A DNA stretch of 64,000 nucleotides from Chthoniobacteraceae bacterium. GTDB taxonomy: Bacteria > Verrucomicrobiota > Verrucomicrobiia > Chthoniobacterales > Chthoniobacteraceae. The notes below the pieces were generated by a model. It ran no database searches and had not been told where the DNA came from. It was given only the letters and a program-made list of their open reading frames with translations. The translations under genes were made by a program, and so were the position numbers. The stretch covers positions 18,206 through 82,205 of the forward strand of contig JBBCKI010000063.1 in the NCBI GenBank assembly GCA_037190965.1, in the 5' to 3' direction. Shown here piece after piece: positions 53,566 through 63,779 of this stretch; the first letter of the stretch is position 1; the number at the start of each line of letters is the position of its first letter.

Positions 53566-55337
53566 AAGGCACTGTCTCTCTCCTCGTCGGCATCTGCATT
53601 TCCATCATCGCCGCCCTGATTTTGGGATATATGGGCGAAGGTCTTGGGGGGGCCTCCGCGCGGATTGCGCTCGCGATGGGCGTTGCGGGAGGTCTTCTGG
53701 CGTGGTTCTCCATTCCCGACTCCGCAATCCCCAAAGCCAGGCTGCCTCGGAGTTGGGCCGCCTGGAGCGTCCTTGTCATTTTCGCCCTTTTCTCGCTACG
53801 GGCTTTTTGTTGGGTCGTTTACTTCAAGGACGGAGAAATCGCCTTTCTTTCCCCCAATAACCTCGGCGACCTCTCGCTCCATTTCACCTTTACCCGCTAT
53901 TTCGCCAACGGGGTCCCCTTCTGGCCGGACAACCCAATCTACTCGGCGGCAGCGCTCCATTACCCCTTCGGCATGGATCTCTTCAACGCGCTCCTGTTGC
54001 TGATGGGGGTGGACCTGATTCGCGGGTTTGTCTGGGCGGGACTCATCGGCGCGCTCGCCACCGGCATCATGCTGTGGCGCTGGGGCGGGGCGTTTGCGAT
54101 CGCGGGGTTTCTCTTCAACGGCGGCTTCGCGGCGTGGAAGATTTTCAGCGATGGGAATCTCGACGATTTTCAGAGCCAACTCGCCTGGAAGAGCATTCCC
54201 CTTGCGCTTTTCGTGACGCAGCGCGGCTTGCTCTATGCCATCCCCGCCGGGCTGGCGCTTCTCTGGAGCTGGCGGGCCCGCCTCTTTCGCGGCGAACGCG
54301 GGCTGCCGGTATGGATCGAGGTGCTTCTCTACAGCACCATGCCGATCTTCCACCTTCACACCTTTCTGTTCCTCTCCGCCATGCTGGGAGGGTGGTTTGC
54401 ACTCTCATTTTGGGGACCGGTCTGGCGCATGGGGCTTCCTTCCGCTTTCAGGCAAAAAACGCTCCGGATCGTCGGATGGTCGGTGGCGCCCGCGACGGTG
54501 CTCATCTGGCTGCTGACAGGCGGCTTTCAAAGCGGCAACACTATCCATCTCAAGCCGGGATGGATGCAGGAAGAGCAAAACCCGTTTGTTTTCTGGTTCG
54601 AAAACTTCGGGGTCATGCCGCTCTGTATCGTCGCTCTTTTTGTCTGGTTCTGGCGAAGGAGAACCGCCCCGGGAGAGCTACCGAAGCTTGCCGAACAGTC
54701 GGCCATTGTCATCCCGGCGGTTGCGGTTTTCCTGATTGGTTGTTTTGTCATGTTCGCTCCTTGGGAATGGGACAACACCAAGCTGTTCCTCTGGAGCTAC
54801 CTGACCGTTCTTCCCGTGCTTTGGGCCATGCTTCGCCTCGCGCGGCCATGGCTGCGAGGGGCAACTTGTTTCGCCCTGTTTTTCTCGGGAGCCGTGGCGC
54901 TGGTGGGAGGGCTTGACGGTCGGCACCAAGGGTACACGCTGGCGCGGCGCAGCGAGCTGGACGGGTTGAAGGCCCATCTCGATGCCCTCCCCTCCACCGC
55001 CACCTTTGCCTGTGTACCCACCTACAATCACCCGCTTCTGCTCCTGGGCAGAAAAGTCGTCGCCGGCTATGAGGGACACCTCTCCAGCCACGGCATCGAC
55101 TACATGAAAAACAAGATCGACCTGGAGACGCTGCTTCGCGGCGAGCCGGGATGGGAAGATCGCGCGCAGAAACTCGGCGTCGATTACCTTTTCTGGGGCT
55201 CTCTCGAAGAAAAACGATTTGGCTCCTCCCCCGCCCCATGGACGGAGCAGGCGGAGTTGATAGCCCAGGGCGAGTGGGGGAAGATCTACGATCTCCGGCC
55301 TTTCGTGATTAAACGCGAAGGGCTCCGCGATCGTTAG
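53562..55337 (+). CDS. Multi-TM membrane protein, possible GT-C glycosyltransferase
   Basis: It has many TM helices, a first loop with GDLSLH..PDNP..LHYPF, a WEWDNTK motif and a soluble C-terminal domain. It has an ATGA overlap with the upstream gene. Confidence 0.6.
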   Translation: MKGTVSLLVGICISIIAALILGYMGEGLGGASARIALAMGVAGGLLAWFSIPDSAIPKARLPRSWAAWSVLVIFALFSLRAFCWVVYFKDGEIAFLSPNNLGDLSLHFTFTRYFANGVPFWPDNPIYSAAALHYPFGMDLFNALLLLMGVDLIRGFVWAGLIGALATGIMLWRWGGAFAIAGFLFNGGFAAWKIFSDGNLDDFQSQLAWKSIPLALFVTQRGLLYAIPAGLALLWSWRARLFRGERGLPVWIEVLLYSTMPIFHLHTFLFLSAMLGGWFALSFWGPVWRMGLPSAFRQKTLRIVGWSVAPATVLIWLLTGGFQSGNTIHLKPGWMQEEQNPFVFWFENFGVMPLCIVALFVWFWRRRTAPGELPKLAEQSAIVIPAVAVFLIGCFVMFAPWEWDNTKLFLWSYLTVLPVLWAMLRLARPWLRGATCFALFFSGAVALVGGLDGRHQGYTLARRSELDGLKAHLDALPSTATFACVPTYNHPLLLLGRKVVAGYEGHLSSHGIDYMKNKIDLETLLRGEPGWEDRAQKLGVDYLFWGSLEEKRFGSSPAPWTEQAELIAQGEWGKIYDLRPFVIKREGLRDR

Positions 55338-55353
55338 GCCATCAGAGGTCTGT

Positions 55354-55510
55354 GGTGCGGTAGCACTGGTAGCACGCTCGCGCCGCCGAGCGCGGGTTTC
55401 GGCTCCCGTGGCTTCATGAAGGCCGCATCCCCAACACCACCGTCCTGCGGGGATGGGCGCTAAACGCGGCTTGTAAATCCATCCCGCGCTCGCGGCGCGA
55501 GCGGGCTACC
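55354..55510 (+). repeat. Repeat family A copy 4
   Basis: GGTAGCACGCTCGCGCCGCCGAGCGCGGG ... CCCGCGCTCGCGGCGCGAGCGGGCTACC lies between convergent genes. Confidence 0.85.
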
Positions 55511-55548
55511 TTGTTTTCCCATCGCCCCGCTCCTTTACCGCCTTTTGA

Positions 55549-57459
55549 TTAACCGGAAGCGGCAGCGAGTTTGATTCCTTCCAGTTCCTCCCATCGGGCA
55601 TAAAGCGCTTCCAGACGATGGCGCGAAGCCTCGATTTCGTCGTGCAGCGCCTGGGCCTGGTTTCCATGCTTGGCGTGGAACCCGGGGTCGGCAAACATCG
55701 TTTCGATCTCGGCGATCCGCTCCTCAACGGCCAGGATCCCCTCCTCCATTCCCTCCAGTTCGCGGGCTTCCTTGTAGCTCAGCTTGCGGGCCTTCTCTTT
55801 CTTCTCCTGCGAGGCAACCGGTTTCGGCTTTTCCACCGGCGCGGGCCCGGGATCGGGGCCGAAAGCCTCCAGAAGGCGCTGCCGTTTCTCCCAGTAATAG
55901 TCGTAGTTTCCCACGCTATAGGTAAGTTGCCCATCCCCCTCAAAGGCGAGGATGCCGGTGCAGATCCGGTTCAGGAAATAACGGTCGTGGCTCACCACCA
56001 GTACCACGCCGGTAAAGGCAAGCAGCGCTTCCTCCAGAATGCGAAGCGTGGAGAGATCGAGATCGTTCGTCGGCTCGTCGAGGATTAGGAAGTTCCCGCC
56101 GTTCTTGAGGATCCGGGCCAGCAACAGACGGCTCCGTTCCCCGCCGCTGAGAAAGCGCACCTGCGTGATAAGCCGGTCGTCGGTGAAAAGGAAACGCTTC
56201 AGGTAACCACGCACGGGGAGCTTCTGCCCGCCGAAGGTGACATGCTCGCTCCCGTCGCTCATCGCCTCGATGACGGTATCGTCATCGTTCAACTGGAGTC
56301 GCGCCTGATCGACGTAGTTGAACCGGGTCAATTGCCCGATCTTCACTTCACCCATCGTCGGCTCAAGCTGCCCGAGGATGATCTTGAGCAGCGTCGTCTT
56401 CCCCAGGCCGTTGCGCCCCGTGATCCCGATGCGCTGCCCGGCCTCGAACTTGAAGTCAAACCCCGAAAAGAGGGTACGATCCCCCATTTCCATTCCGACG
56501 CCGATCAGTTCCGCCACCCGGTTGCCCAACTGCGGGGCGGGAGGGATGACGAAATCGACCTCGCGATCGATCTCGGGCGGGGCCTGGGCGGCGGTGTCGA
56601 AATAAGCGTCCAGACGGCTCTTCGATTTGGTGCGGCGGGCCTCTGGTGAGCGGCGCACCCATTCGAGTTCCCGCTTGAGGAACATCTGCCGCTTGTGCTC
56701 GGCGGTCTCCGCGGCGGCCAGCCGCTCCGCGCGCTGGACGAGGTAACCGGTGTAGTTCCCTTCGTAGGAAATGAAGTTCCCGCCGGTCAGTTCGGTGATC
56801 TGGTTGGTCACCCGGTCGAGAAAATAGCGGTCGTGCGTGACGACGATGAACGCGCCCGGGTAGGCATCGAGATAGCCGATGAGCCATTCGATCGACTCGG
56901 CATCGAGATGGTTCGTCGGCTCGTCCAGAATGAGCAGGTCGGGCTGTGAAACCACCGCGCGGCAAAGCGCGACGCGCCGCTTCTCTCCGCCGGAGAGATG
57001 GGCAATGCGGGCATCCCCGGGCGGCGCAAAGAGCTTCGACATGGCGGTCGCGATGCGGCGGTCGAGCGTCCACCCGTCCAACAAGCCGATGCGGGCCTCC
57101 AGTTCATCGTGCCGACCGGTGTGCCCGGGCAGCGATTCGAACTCCGCAATGAGATCGAGCACGTGACGCGCCCCTTCGCGGATGTTTTCCTCCACCGTCA
57201 GTTCGGGATTGAGCGCGAACTCCTGGGGCAGATATCCGGCGACCAGCCCCCGCCGCCGGGCGACGGTTCCCGTATCGGGCTGCAACTCTCCGGCGAGAAT
57301 CCGGAGGAAAGTCGACTTACCCGACCCGTTGCGGCCCACGAGGCCGATGCGGTCTCCTTCGTGGATGGAAAGCGAAGCGTGGTCGAGAACGACCTGTTCG
57401 TTGTATCGGACGTAAAGATCCTGTGCGGTGAGAATACTGGCGGAACCGGGCTGGGCCAT
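55549..57459 (-). CDS. uup: ABC-F family ATPase, Uup-like
   Basis: It has two ABC domains (GRNGSGKST/LSGGE and GRNGLGKTT/LSGGE), no TM segment, and a C-terminal KLSYKEAREL coiled-coil domain. Confidence 0.85.
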   Translation of the reverse strand: MAQPGSASILTAQDLYVRYNEQVVLDHASLSIHEGDRIGLVGRNGSGKSTFLRILAGELQPDTGTVARRRGLVAGYLPQEFALNPELTVEENIREGARHVLDLIAEFESLPGHTGRHDELEARIGLLDGWTLDRRIATAMSKLFAPPGDARIAHLSGGEKRRVALCRAVVSQPDLLILDEPTNHLDAESIEWLIGYLDAYPGAFIVVTHDRYFLDRVTNQITELTGGNFISYEGNYTGYLVQRAERLAAAETAEHKRQMFLKRELEWVRRSPEARRTKSKSRLDAYFDTAAQAPPEIDREVDFVIPPAPQLGNRVAELIGVGMEMGDRTLFSGFDFKFEAGQRIGITGRNGLGKTTLLKIILGQLEPTMGEVKIGQLTRFNYVDQARLQLNDDDTVIEAMSDGSEHVTFGGQKLPVRGYLKRFLFTDDRLITQVRFLSGGERSRLLLARILKNGGNFLILDEPTNDLDLSTLRILEEALLAFTGVVLVVSHDRYFLNRICTGILAFEGDGQLTYSVGNYDYYWEKRQRLLEAFGPDPGPAPVEKPKPVASQEKKEKARKLSYKEARELEGMEEGILAVEERIAEIETMFADPGFHAKHGNQAQALHDEIEASRHRLEALYARWEELEGIKLAAASG

Positions 57460-57477
57460 TGATAAAACTCCAAAAAA

Positions 57478-58044
57478 CTACTTCAGGCGCGCCACCTTGG
57501 CGTGCCGGGGACAATCGACGAGATGATCGTTCACCATCCCGACCGCCTGCATGAGCGCGTAGCAGATGGTGGTACCGACGAATTTGAACCCCCGCTTCAA
57601 CAGATCTTTGCTCATCGCGTCGGACTCCGCCGTGCGCGTTGGGATTTCGCTCAGGGAGCACCGGGTGTTCCGGATCGGTTTTCCGCCGACGAACTGCCAG
57701 AGATAAGCGTCAAAGGTGCCGAATTCCTTCTGCACGCGGAGAAACGCCGCCGCGTTGCCGATGGCGGCAGCCACCTTGAGGCGGTTGCGGATGATTCCCG
57801 GGTTGGCCAGCAATTCGGCCACCTTGGCATCGCCGTATTTGGCGATCTTCGCGGCGTCGAACTGATCGAACGCCTCGCGGTAGGTTTCCCGCTTTTTGAG
57901 AATCGTCTCCCAGCTCAAGCCGGCCTGCGCTCCTTCCAGAATCAAAAATTCGAACAAGGCACGATCGTCGTGCAAAGGCACGCCCCATTCCATATCGTGG
58001 TATGGAATCGAGAGATCGGTTTTGGCCCAGGGACATCTTGTCAT
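57478..58044 (-). CDS. tag: DNA-3-methyladenine glycosylase I
   Basis: Motifs RCPW, YHDMEWG, LEGAQAGLSW, IIRNRLK, GFKFVG and NDHLVDC are present. Confidence 0.95.
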   Translation of the reverse strand: MTRCPWAKTDLSIPYHDMEWGVPLHDDRALFEFLILEGAQAGLSWETILKKRETYREAFDQFDAAKIAKYGDAKVAELLANPGIIRNRLKVAAAIGNAAAFLRVQKEFGTFDAYLWQFVGGKPIRNTRCSLSEIPTRTAESDAMSKDLLKRGFKFVGTTICYALMQAVGMVNDHLVDCPRHAKVARLK

Positions 58045-58097
58045 CGCCTACCTTTACCGTGAAGAGGCGGCGATGCCAAATTTTCCTGTTTGCGGGC

Positions 58098-58122
58098 GCA
58101 ACTTTTCCTCTAAAATCGCGTT
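58098..58122 (+). promoter_or_regulatory. Putative ECF-sigma promoter
   Basis: GCAAC-16 nt-CGTT lies just upstream of ATG 58134. Confidence 0.45.
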
Positions 58123-58133
58123 CCATCAACGTC

Positions 58134-58574
58134 ATGAAACACCCGCGAGAGAATCTTTCCGACGATTTCGAGAGCGATCCGCTCTGGGATCTTCTCGGCA
58201 AAGCTGATCAGCCTCACCCGGCCCAGGTCTCCCCGTATTTTGCGCGCAACGTCGTGCGCGAGATCCGCCTCTCCACGGAAAAGTCCCGGCAGAAGCCTCA
58301 ACTCGCCCAACTCGCTCAACCTGACCGGTTTTTCGCCACCTTCTCCACCCTGTTGGGGCGCTGGCGCGCCCTTGCCTCGAGCGTGGCGGCGGCGGGCATC
58401 ATTGCCCTTCTTTACAGCAGCGTGACGCTCAATGGGCCGGAAGCCGATTCGCTAACCGCATCAGCAGGCCTGGCCCAATCGCCGTATGCAGGTGACCTGG
58501 AGGTGATCAAGAACCTCGACGAACTTCTCGACATCGATACCGTATGGCTCGACTCCACTGTTTCCGTTCACTAA
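58134..58574 (+). CDS. Single-TM hypothetical protein, anti-sigma-like
   Basis: It has DPLWDLLGKA..VSPYFARNVVREIR, one TM helix and a C-terminal DLEVIKNLDELL. Confidence 0.65.
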   Translation: MKHPRENLSDDFESDPLWDLLGKADQPHPAQVSPYFARNVVREIRLSTEKSRQKPQLAQLAQPDRFFATFSTLLGRWRALASSVAAAGIIALLYSSVTLNGPEADSLTASAGLAQSPYAGDLEVIKNLDELLDIDTVWLDSTVSVH

Positions 58575-59170
58575 CGCTGCTCGCGCTGCTGGCGGCTCCG
58601 CTTGCTTCCGTTTCCCTGGCGCAGGAACCGGAGACTCCCCCGCCAGCCCCTAAGGAAGCGCCGGAAGCGCCGCCACGGCCCCCTCGCCCTCCAACCCATC
58701 CTCGCCGTGAGGACCGTGAACGGTGGTTCAAAAATGAAAAGTTGACGCCCGAACAGCGCAAAAAGTTCGAGGAGAACTATAACCGCTGGAAGGAAATGCC
58801 TCCCGAGCTTCGCATGGAATTGCGAAAGAACGATGAAAACCGCCGGATGCGGATGCGCAAGGAGATCGACGACGCCATTACCAAGAGCGGGCTGGAACTC
58901 AGCCCGGAACGCCGCCGTCTCTTTGTCGAAAAATTTACCCGCGAACGCCGCTCCATCGAAGAGCGGCTTCGGAAAGAGATGGACAAAAAACGAGGGGAAG
59001 AGGTGAAGCAATTGATCGAAAACCTCACCGGAGAATTCAAGGCCATGCCCCCGGAGCCGCCCCCTGAGGAAAAGGAAGCTCCAACCGCTCCGAAGGCGGA
59101 GCCAAAGCCGGAACCAAAAACCGCGCCTGAGCCCGCCGCCGAAGAAAAGGGCGCAGAAAAAAGCCCGTAA
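58544..59170 (+). CDS. Secreted helical protein, DUF3106/Spy-like
   Basis: It has a signal peptide, Pro-rich linkers and repeats LTPEQR / WKEMPPELR / LSPERR. Confidence 0.65.
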   Translation: MARLHCFRSLTLLALLAAPLASVSLAQEPETPPPAPKEAPEAPPRPPRPPTHPRREDRERWFKNEKLTPEQRKKFEENYNRWKEMPPELRMELRKNDENRRMRMRKEIDDAITKSGLELSPERRRLFVEKFTRERRSIEERLRKEMDKKRGEEVKQLIENLTGEFKAMPPEPPPEEKEAPTAPKAEPKPEPKTAPEPAAEEKGAEKSP

Positions 59171-59218
59171 CGAAGGCGAGACGCCGTCGGTTACAGGCCC
59201 CTTTCTCACCTCCGGACC

Positions 59219-62200
59219 TTACTCATTCAAATTCGGCGCGAGCCATTTTTTGATGAACTCCACGCTCTCCCCCTTGCGGACGGCGTATTCCTCCACCTGG
59301 TCGCTTTCGATCTTGCCGACGCCGAAATACTTCGCCTCGGGGTGCGAGAAATAGAGACCGCTGACCGCCGCGCCGGGCCACATGGCACATGATTCCGTCA
59401 GCGTGACGCCCGCGTTCTTCCCGGCCTCCAGCAATCGGAACAGAAGCGGCTTTTCGGTATGATCGGGCGAAGCCGGGTAGCCTGCCGCTGGGCGAATCCC
59501 CTGGTAGCGTTCGCGAATGAGGTCTTCCTTCGACAGCGCCTCGTTCTTCCCATAGCCCCACGCGATGCGCGCCTGAAGGTGGAGGTACTCGGCAAAGGCT
59601 TCGGCAAACCGGTCGGCCAGCGCCTTGGCCATGATGGAGTTATAGTCGTCGTGAGCGGCTTGGAATTCCTTCGCAAACTCGTCGCCCCCGTGGATCCCCA
59701 CCGCGAAGCCGCCGAGGTAATCGGCGATCCCGCTTTCCTGCGGTGCGACGTAATCGGAGAGCGCGTGGTTGCGCTGATCGGCGGGCTTCTGCATCTGCTG
59801 GCGCAGGAACCGGAACGTGGCCAGGGGTTCGCAACGTTTTTCGTCCGTGTAAACCGCCACGTCGTCGCCCACCGCGTTGGCAGGCCAGAGGGCATAGACG
59901 CCGCGGGCGGTGAAACGCTTCTCCGCGATGATCCGCTTCAGGAGCGCCTGCGCATCCGCAAAGAGATCCTGCGCCTGCTTGCCCACCACTTCGTCTTCGA
60001 AAATCGCCGGGTAGCGGCCCCGCAGTTCCCAGGTATGGAAAAATGGCGACCAGTCGATGAAATCAACGAGCGTCTCCAGCGAAGGCTCTACGACGCGGAC
60101 CCCGGTGAACTCGGGCTTCGGCGGCTGGTACGCACTCCAGTCAATCTCGGTACGGTTGGCGCGGGCATCCGCCAGCGTCAGCATCTTTTTCTCCCGCGTG
60201 CGGTTGGCGTAATCTTCCCGCAGTTTCTGATAAGCCGCCTTCGTTTCCGCCACAAAAGCGGGGCGCTGCTCGTCGCTCAAAAGCGCGCTGACGACCCCGA
60301 CTGCCCGCGAGGCGTCGAGCACATGGACCACCGGCTCCGCGTAATGTTGGGCGATCTTTACGGCCGTATGGGCGCGGCTGGTCGTCGCGCCGCCGATGAG
60401 AAGCGGGAGCTTGAACCCCTCGCGCTGCATCTCCTGCGCCACATGCACCATTTCGTCGAGCGACGGCGTGATCAATCCGCTCAGGCCAATCATGTCCGCA
60501 CTGTGTTCGCGGGCGGCCTCCAGGATCTTCTCGCAGGCGCACATGACGCCAAGGTCGATCACCTCGTAATTGTTACACTGCAAGACCACGCCGACGATGT
60601 TCTTGCCAATGTCGTGAACGTCGCCCTTCACGGTCGCCATCACTACCTTCCCCTGCGCCTTGGAGTCCGCCGTCTTTTCGGCTTCCATGAACGGCATCAG
60701 ATAGGCGACCGCCTTCTTCATCACGCGCGCGCTCTTAACCACCTGCGGCAGGAACATTTTCCCCGCGCCGAAGAGATCGCCCACGATGCTCATCCCGGCC
60801 ATCAGCGGCCCTTCGATGACATTGAGCGGGCGCGGGTATTTCTGGCGCGCTTCCTCGGTATCCTCGTCGATGTAATCAACGATCCCCTTCACCAGCGCGT
60901 GCGAGAGCCGTTCTTCCACCGAAGCATTGCGCCACGCTTCGTCCTTCACGATCGTCTTGCCGGCCGACTTCACGGTCTCCGCGAACTCGACCAACCGTTC
61001 GGTCGCCTCGGGGCTGCGGTTGAAAAGGACGTCCTCCACCAGCGTGAGGAGGTCCTTCGGGATCTCCTCATACACCGCGAGCATCCCCGCGTTGACAATC
61101 CCCATATCGAGCCCCGCCTTGATGGCATGATAGAGGAACGCGGCATGCATCGCCTCGCGCACCGGGTTGTTGCCGCGGAAGGAAAACGAAATATTCGAGA
61201 CGCCGCCGCTCACTTTGGCCCGGGGCAGATTCGCCTTGATCCACCGGGTCGCCTCGATGAACGAAACGGCGTAGTTGTTATGCTCCTCAATGCCGGTCGC
61301 CACCGTGAGGATGTTCGGGTCGAAAATAATGTCTTCCGCCGGGAAACCGACCTCCTCCGTCAGAATACGATACGCGCGGGTGCAGATTTCGATGCGGCGT
61401 TCGAGATTGTCAGCCTGTCCGGTTTCATCGAACGCCATGACGACGGCCGCCGCGCCGTAGCGCCGGATGAGCCGCGCCTGCCGCTTGAACTCCTCTTCGC
61501 CCACCTTGAGCGAGATCGAGTTCACCACGCATTTCCCCTGCACGCATCGGAGCCCCGCCTCCAGCACGTTCCAACGGGAACTGTCGATCATGATCGGGAT
61601 GCGGGAGATGTCGGGCTCGCTCGCGATCAGGTTAAGAAAACGGGTCATCGCCCCTTCGGAGTCGATCATCCCCTCGTCCATGTTGACGTCGAGAATGTTC
61701 GCCCCGCCCTCCACCTGCTGCCGGGCGACCGCAAGCGCGCCTTCAAAATCGCCCGCGAGAATCAGCTTCGAGAACTTCGGCGACCCGGTAATATTCGTCC
61801 GCTCGCCGACCATCAGAAAACCGGTCTCCGGCGTGATGACCAGCGGTTCCAGGCCGCTCAGGCGCGTATAGGGCGCAACCTCCGGCAACGGACGAGGAAC
61901 GCAGGGGCGAATCTGTTTCACCATCTCCGCGATGTGCGCGGGGGTGGTGCCGCAACAGCCGCCCACGATGTTGAGCCACCCCTGCTCCGCCCATTCGCGG
62001 ATCTGCGGGGCAAGCGATTCCGGCGTTTCCGGGAACCCGGTGGGCGAAAGCGGGTCGGGCAACCCGGCGTTTGGATAGCAGCTTACCGCCATCGGCGCGA
62101 GCCGGGAAAGTTCGCCGATATAAGGGCGCATCTCCTTGGGCCCGAGCGCGCAGTTCAAGCCGATGCTCAGGATCGGCGCGTGCGCGATGGAGATCAGAAA

Positions 62201-62887
62201 CGCCTCCACCGTCTGCCCGGTCAACGTGCGTCCGCTCAGGTCGGTGATCGTCCCGGAAATCATGATCGGGATCTGGCCGTGAGGAATGCCGAGATCATCG
62301 AACGTCTCCAGAATGGCAAAAATCGCGGCCTTGGCGTTGAGCGTGTCGAAAATCGTCTCCACCAGCAGGACATCCACCCCACCCTCGATCAACGCCTCCA
62401 CCTGCTCGCGATACGCGGTCTTCACCTCCTCGAAGGTTACCTCGCGCTTTGCGGGGTCGTTGACATCGCGGGAAATGGAGAGCGTCTTGCTCATCGGCCC
62501 GATGGCCCCGGCGACAAATGCCTTGCGCCCGCAGCTCTTCACCGCACGGCGCGCACATTGGGCGGCGGCGAGGTTAAGCTCGCGCACGATCGGCTCCAGC
62601 CCGTAGTCGGCCTGGGAGGTCGTCTGCGCGTTGAAAGTATTCGTCTCGATGATATCCGCCCCCGCCGCGAGATACTGGGCGTGAATCTCTTCAATCACCT
62701 CCGGCTTCGTGAGGCAAAGAAGGTCGTTGTTCCCTTTGAGGTCGCTCGGGTGATCGGCAAACCGGGCACCGCGATAATCGGCTTCCTGCAACTTGTACCG
62801 CTGCACCATCGTCCCCATCGCCCCGTCGAGAAAGACGATGCGTTCTTTCAGAAGCTGGGCAAGCGGATGTTTTGCAAGAAGAGACAT
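59219..62887 (-). CDS. metH: Cobalamin-dependent methionine synthase
   Basis: It has LDGAMGT, GGCCGT, VGERTN, the cobalamin motif [20 protein letters not shown] and an activation domain (RPAAGYP). Confidence 0.98.
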   Translation of the reverse strand: MSLLAKHPLAQLLKERIVFLDGAMGTMVQRYKLQEADYRGARFADHPSDLKGNNDLLCLTKPEVIEEIHAQYLAAGADIIETNTFNAQTTSQADYGLEPIVRELNLAAAQCARRAVKSCGRKAFVAGAIGPMSKTLSISRDVNDPAKREVTFEEVKTAYREQVEALIEGGVDVLLVETIFDTLNAKAAIFAILETFDDLGIPHGQIPIMISGTITDLSGRTLTGQTVEAFLISIAHAPILSIGLNCALGPKEMRPYIGELSRLAPMAVSCYPNAGLPDPLSPTGFPETPESLAPQIREWAEQGWLNIVGGCCGTTPAHIAEMVKQIRPCVPRPLPEVAPYTRLSGLEPLVITPETGFLMVGERTNITGSPKFSKLILAGDFEGALAVARQQVEGGANILDVNMDEGMIDSEGAMTRFLNLIASEPDISRIPIMIDSSRWNVLEAGLRCVQGKCVVNSISLKVGEEEFKRQARLIRRYGAAAVVMAFDETGQADNLERRIEICTRAYRILTEEVGFPAEDIIFDPNILTVATGIEEHNNYAVSFIEATRWIKANLPRAKVSGGVSNISFSFRGNNPVREAMHAAFLYHAIKAGLDMGIVNAGMLAVYEEIPKDLLTLVEDVLFNRSPEATERLVEFAETVKSAGKTIVKDEAWRNASVEERLSHALVKGIVDYIDEDTEEARQKYPRPLNVIEGPLMAGMSIVGDLFGAGKMFLPQVVKSARVMKKAVAYLMPFMEAEKTADSKAQGKVVMATVKGDVHDIGKNIVGVVLQCNNYEVIDLGVMCACEKILEAAREHSADMIGLSGLITPSLDEMVHVAQEMQREGFKLPLLIGGATTSRAHTAVKIAQHYAEPVVHVLDASRAVGVVSALLSDEQRPAFVAETKAAYQKLREDYANRTREKKMLTLADARANRTEIDWSAYQPPKPEFTGVRVVEPSLETLVDFIDWSPFFHTWELRGRYPAIFEDEVVGKQAQDLFADAQALLKRIIAEKRFTARGVYALWPANAVGDDVAVYTDEKRCEPLATFRFLRQQMQKPADQRNHALSDYVAPQESGIADYLGGFAVGIHGGDEFAKEFQAAHDDYNSIMAKALADRFAEAFAEYLHLQARIAWGYGKNEALSKEDLIRERYQGIRPAAGYPASPDHTEKPLLFRLLEAGKNAGVTLTESCAMWPGAAVSGLYFSHPEAKYFGVGKIESDQVEEYAVRKGESVEFIKKWLAPNLNE

Positions 62888-62893
62888 CCCCGA

Positions 62894-62922
62894 AGAATAC
62901 CGGGCGACCCCTCGGTTTTCAA
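62894..62922 (-). promoter_or_regulatory. Putative leaderless sigma70 promoter of metH
   Basis: The minus strand reads TTGAAA-17 nt-TATTCT-6 nt-ATG. Confidence 0.6.
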
Positions 62923-62972
62923 CGACAAATTATCCCATCATGATGCAACGATGGATCAGCAGATCGTTGTCA

Positions 62973-63636
62973 TTACTCAGGATTGAGCGGCACCTGATCC
63001 GGGGCCAGCCAGCCGGGTGCCGGTTTGAAAAGGTCGATCTGTTTGCGCGTGCCGTCGCGGCCGTAAACGCGCCCGTCTTCGCCGATTTTGGTGCGCATCC
63101 CGGAACCGTCATTGCGGACTACTGCCACGCCCCCGGCTGGACCTCTTTTCTTGGTTTTGGGATCAAAGGGATACGTGCCTGGCGTTCCCTTGCCGAAGCC
63201 GCTGGCGATCAGAGGGAGATTGAGATTGCTTTTGAACGAAGTCTGGTGCGGAACGTAGGCAAAGCAATTTTCCCCCGCAGCCAGTGTTTTCCCTCCCCCG
63301 ATTTTCCCGTCGGGTGCCTTGGGAGTCCAAGCGGATCTCTTGGAATAAAAGATCTTTTCATCCCGGATGTAGTCAGGCACCAGCAGTCTGAAGACTTCGT
63401 TGGAATTTGGAAAAGGAGTGCCATCTAATCGTTTGCCGGGATAAGCGTCGCCGTGATCCATCGCATACATCTTTAACCCGAGATAGATCTGCTTCGCGCC
63501 GCTTAACTCCTTGGTGGAATGGTTCACTTCAATGGGGTGCATAGGAGGCACGCACAACCCAACCAAAAGAAACAAACAACGTTCCAAACACCACCGCCCC
63601 CACCACTCTTTGCAGCCATCGTCCTTTTGCTGACAT
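62973..63636 (-). pseudogene. Pilin/pseudopilin-like protein gene, probably frameshifted near its 5' end
   Basis: The body KELSGAKQIYLGLKMYAMDHGDAYP resembles Verrucomicrobia type II secretion/pilin-like proteins. An upstream ATG (63636) encodes MSAKGRWLQRVVGAVVFGTLFV in a different frame that stops at 63529. Confidence 0.5.
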
Positions 63637-63779
63637 GGGAATCAGGTTAATCTTTTTTTCGGGCCTATCGAACACTGAAAAAACATTGGTTTCCAGCCGC
63701 TTTTAACGCCTGTCACGATTTCCCCGCCGGGGATGAATCCTTGCCAAAAGGATTATCTCCGCCCAAGGTACCGGCGCTT

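Noticed and set aside
62888..62972. Cobalamin or SAM riboswitch upstream of metH
   Set aside because: The gap is only 85 nt, the promoter sits directly before the ATG, and no riboswitch core motifs are visible.
59459..62986. 1175-aa ORF on the + strand
   Set aside because: It is the antisense shadow of metH, a common artefact in GC-rich DNA, and has no recognisable motifs.
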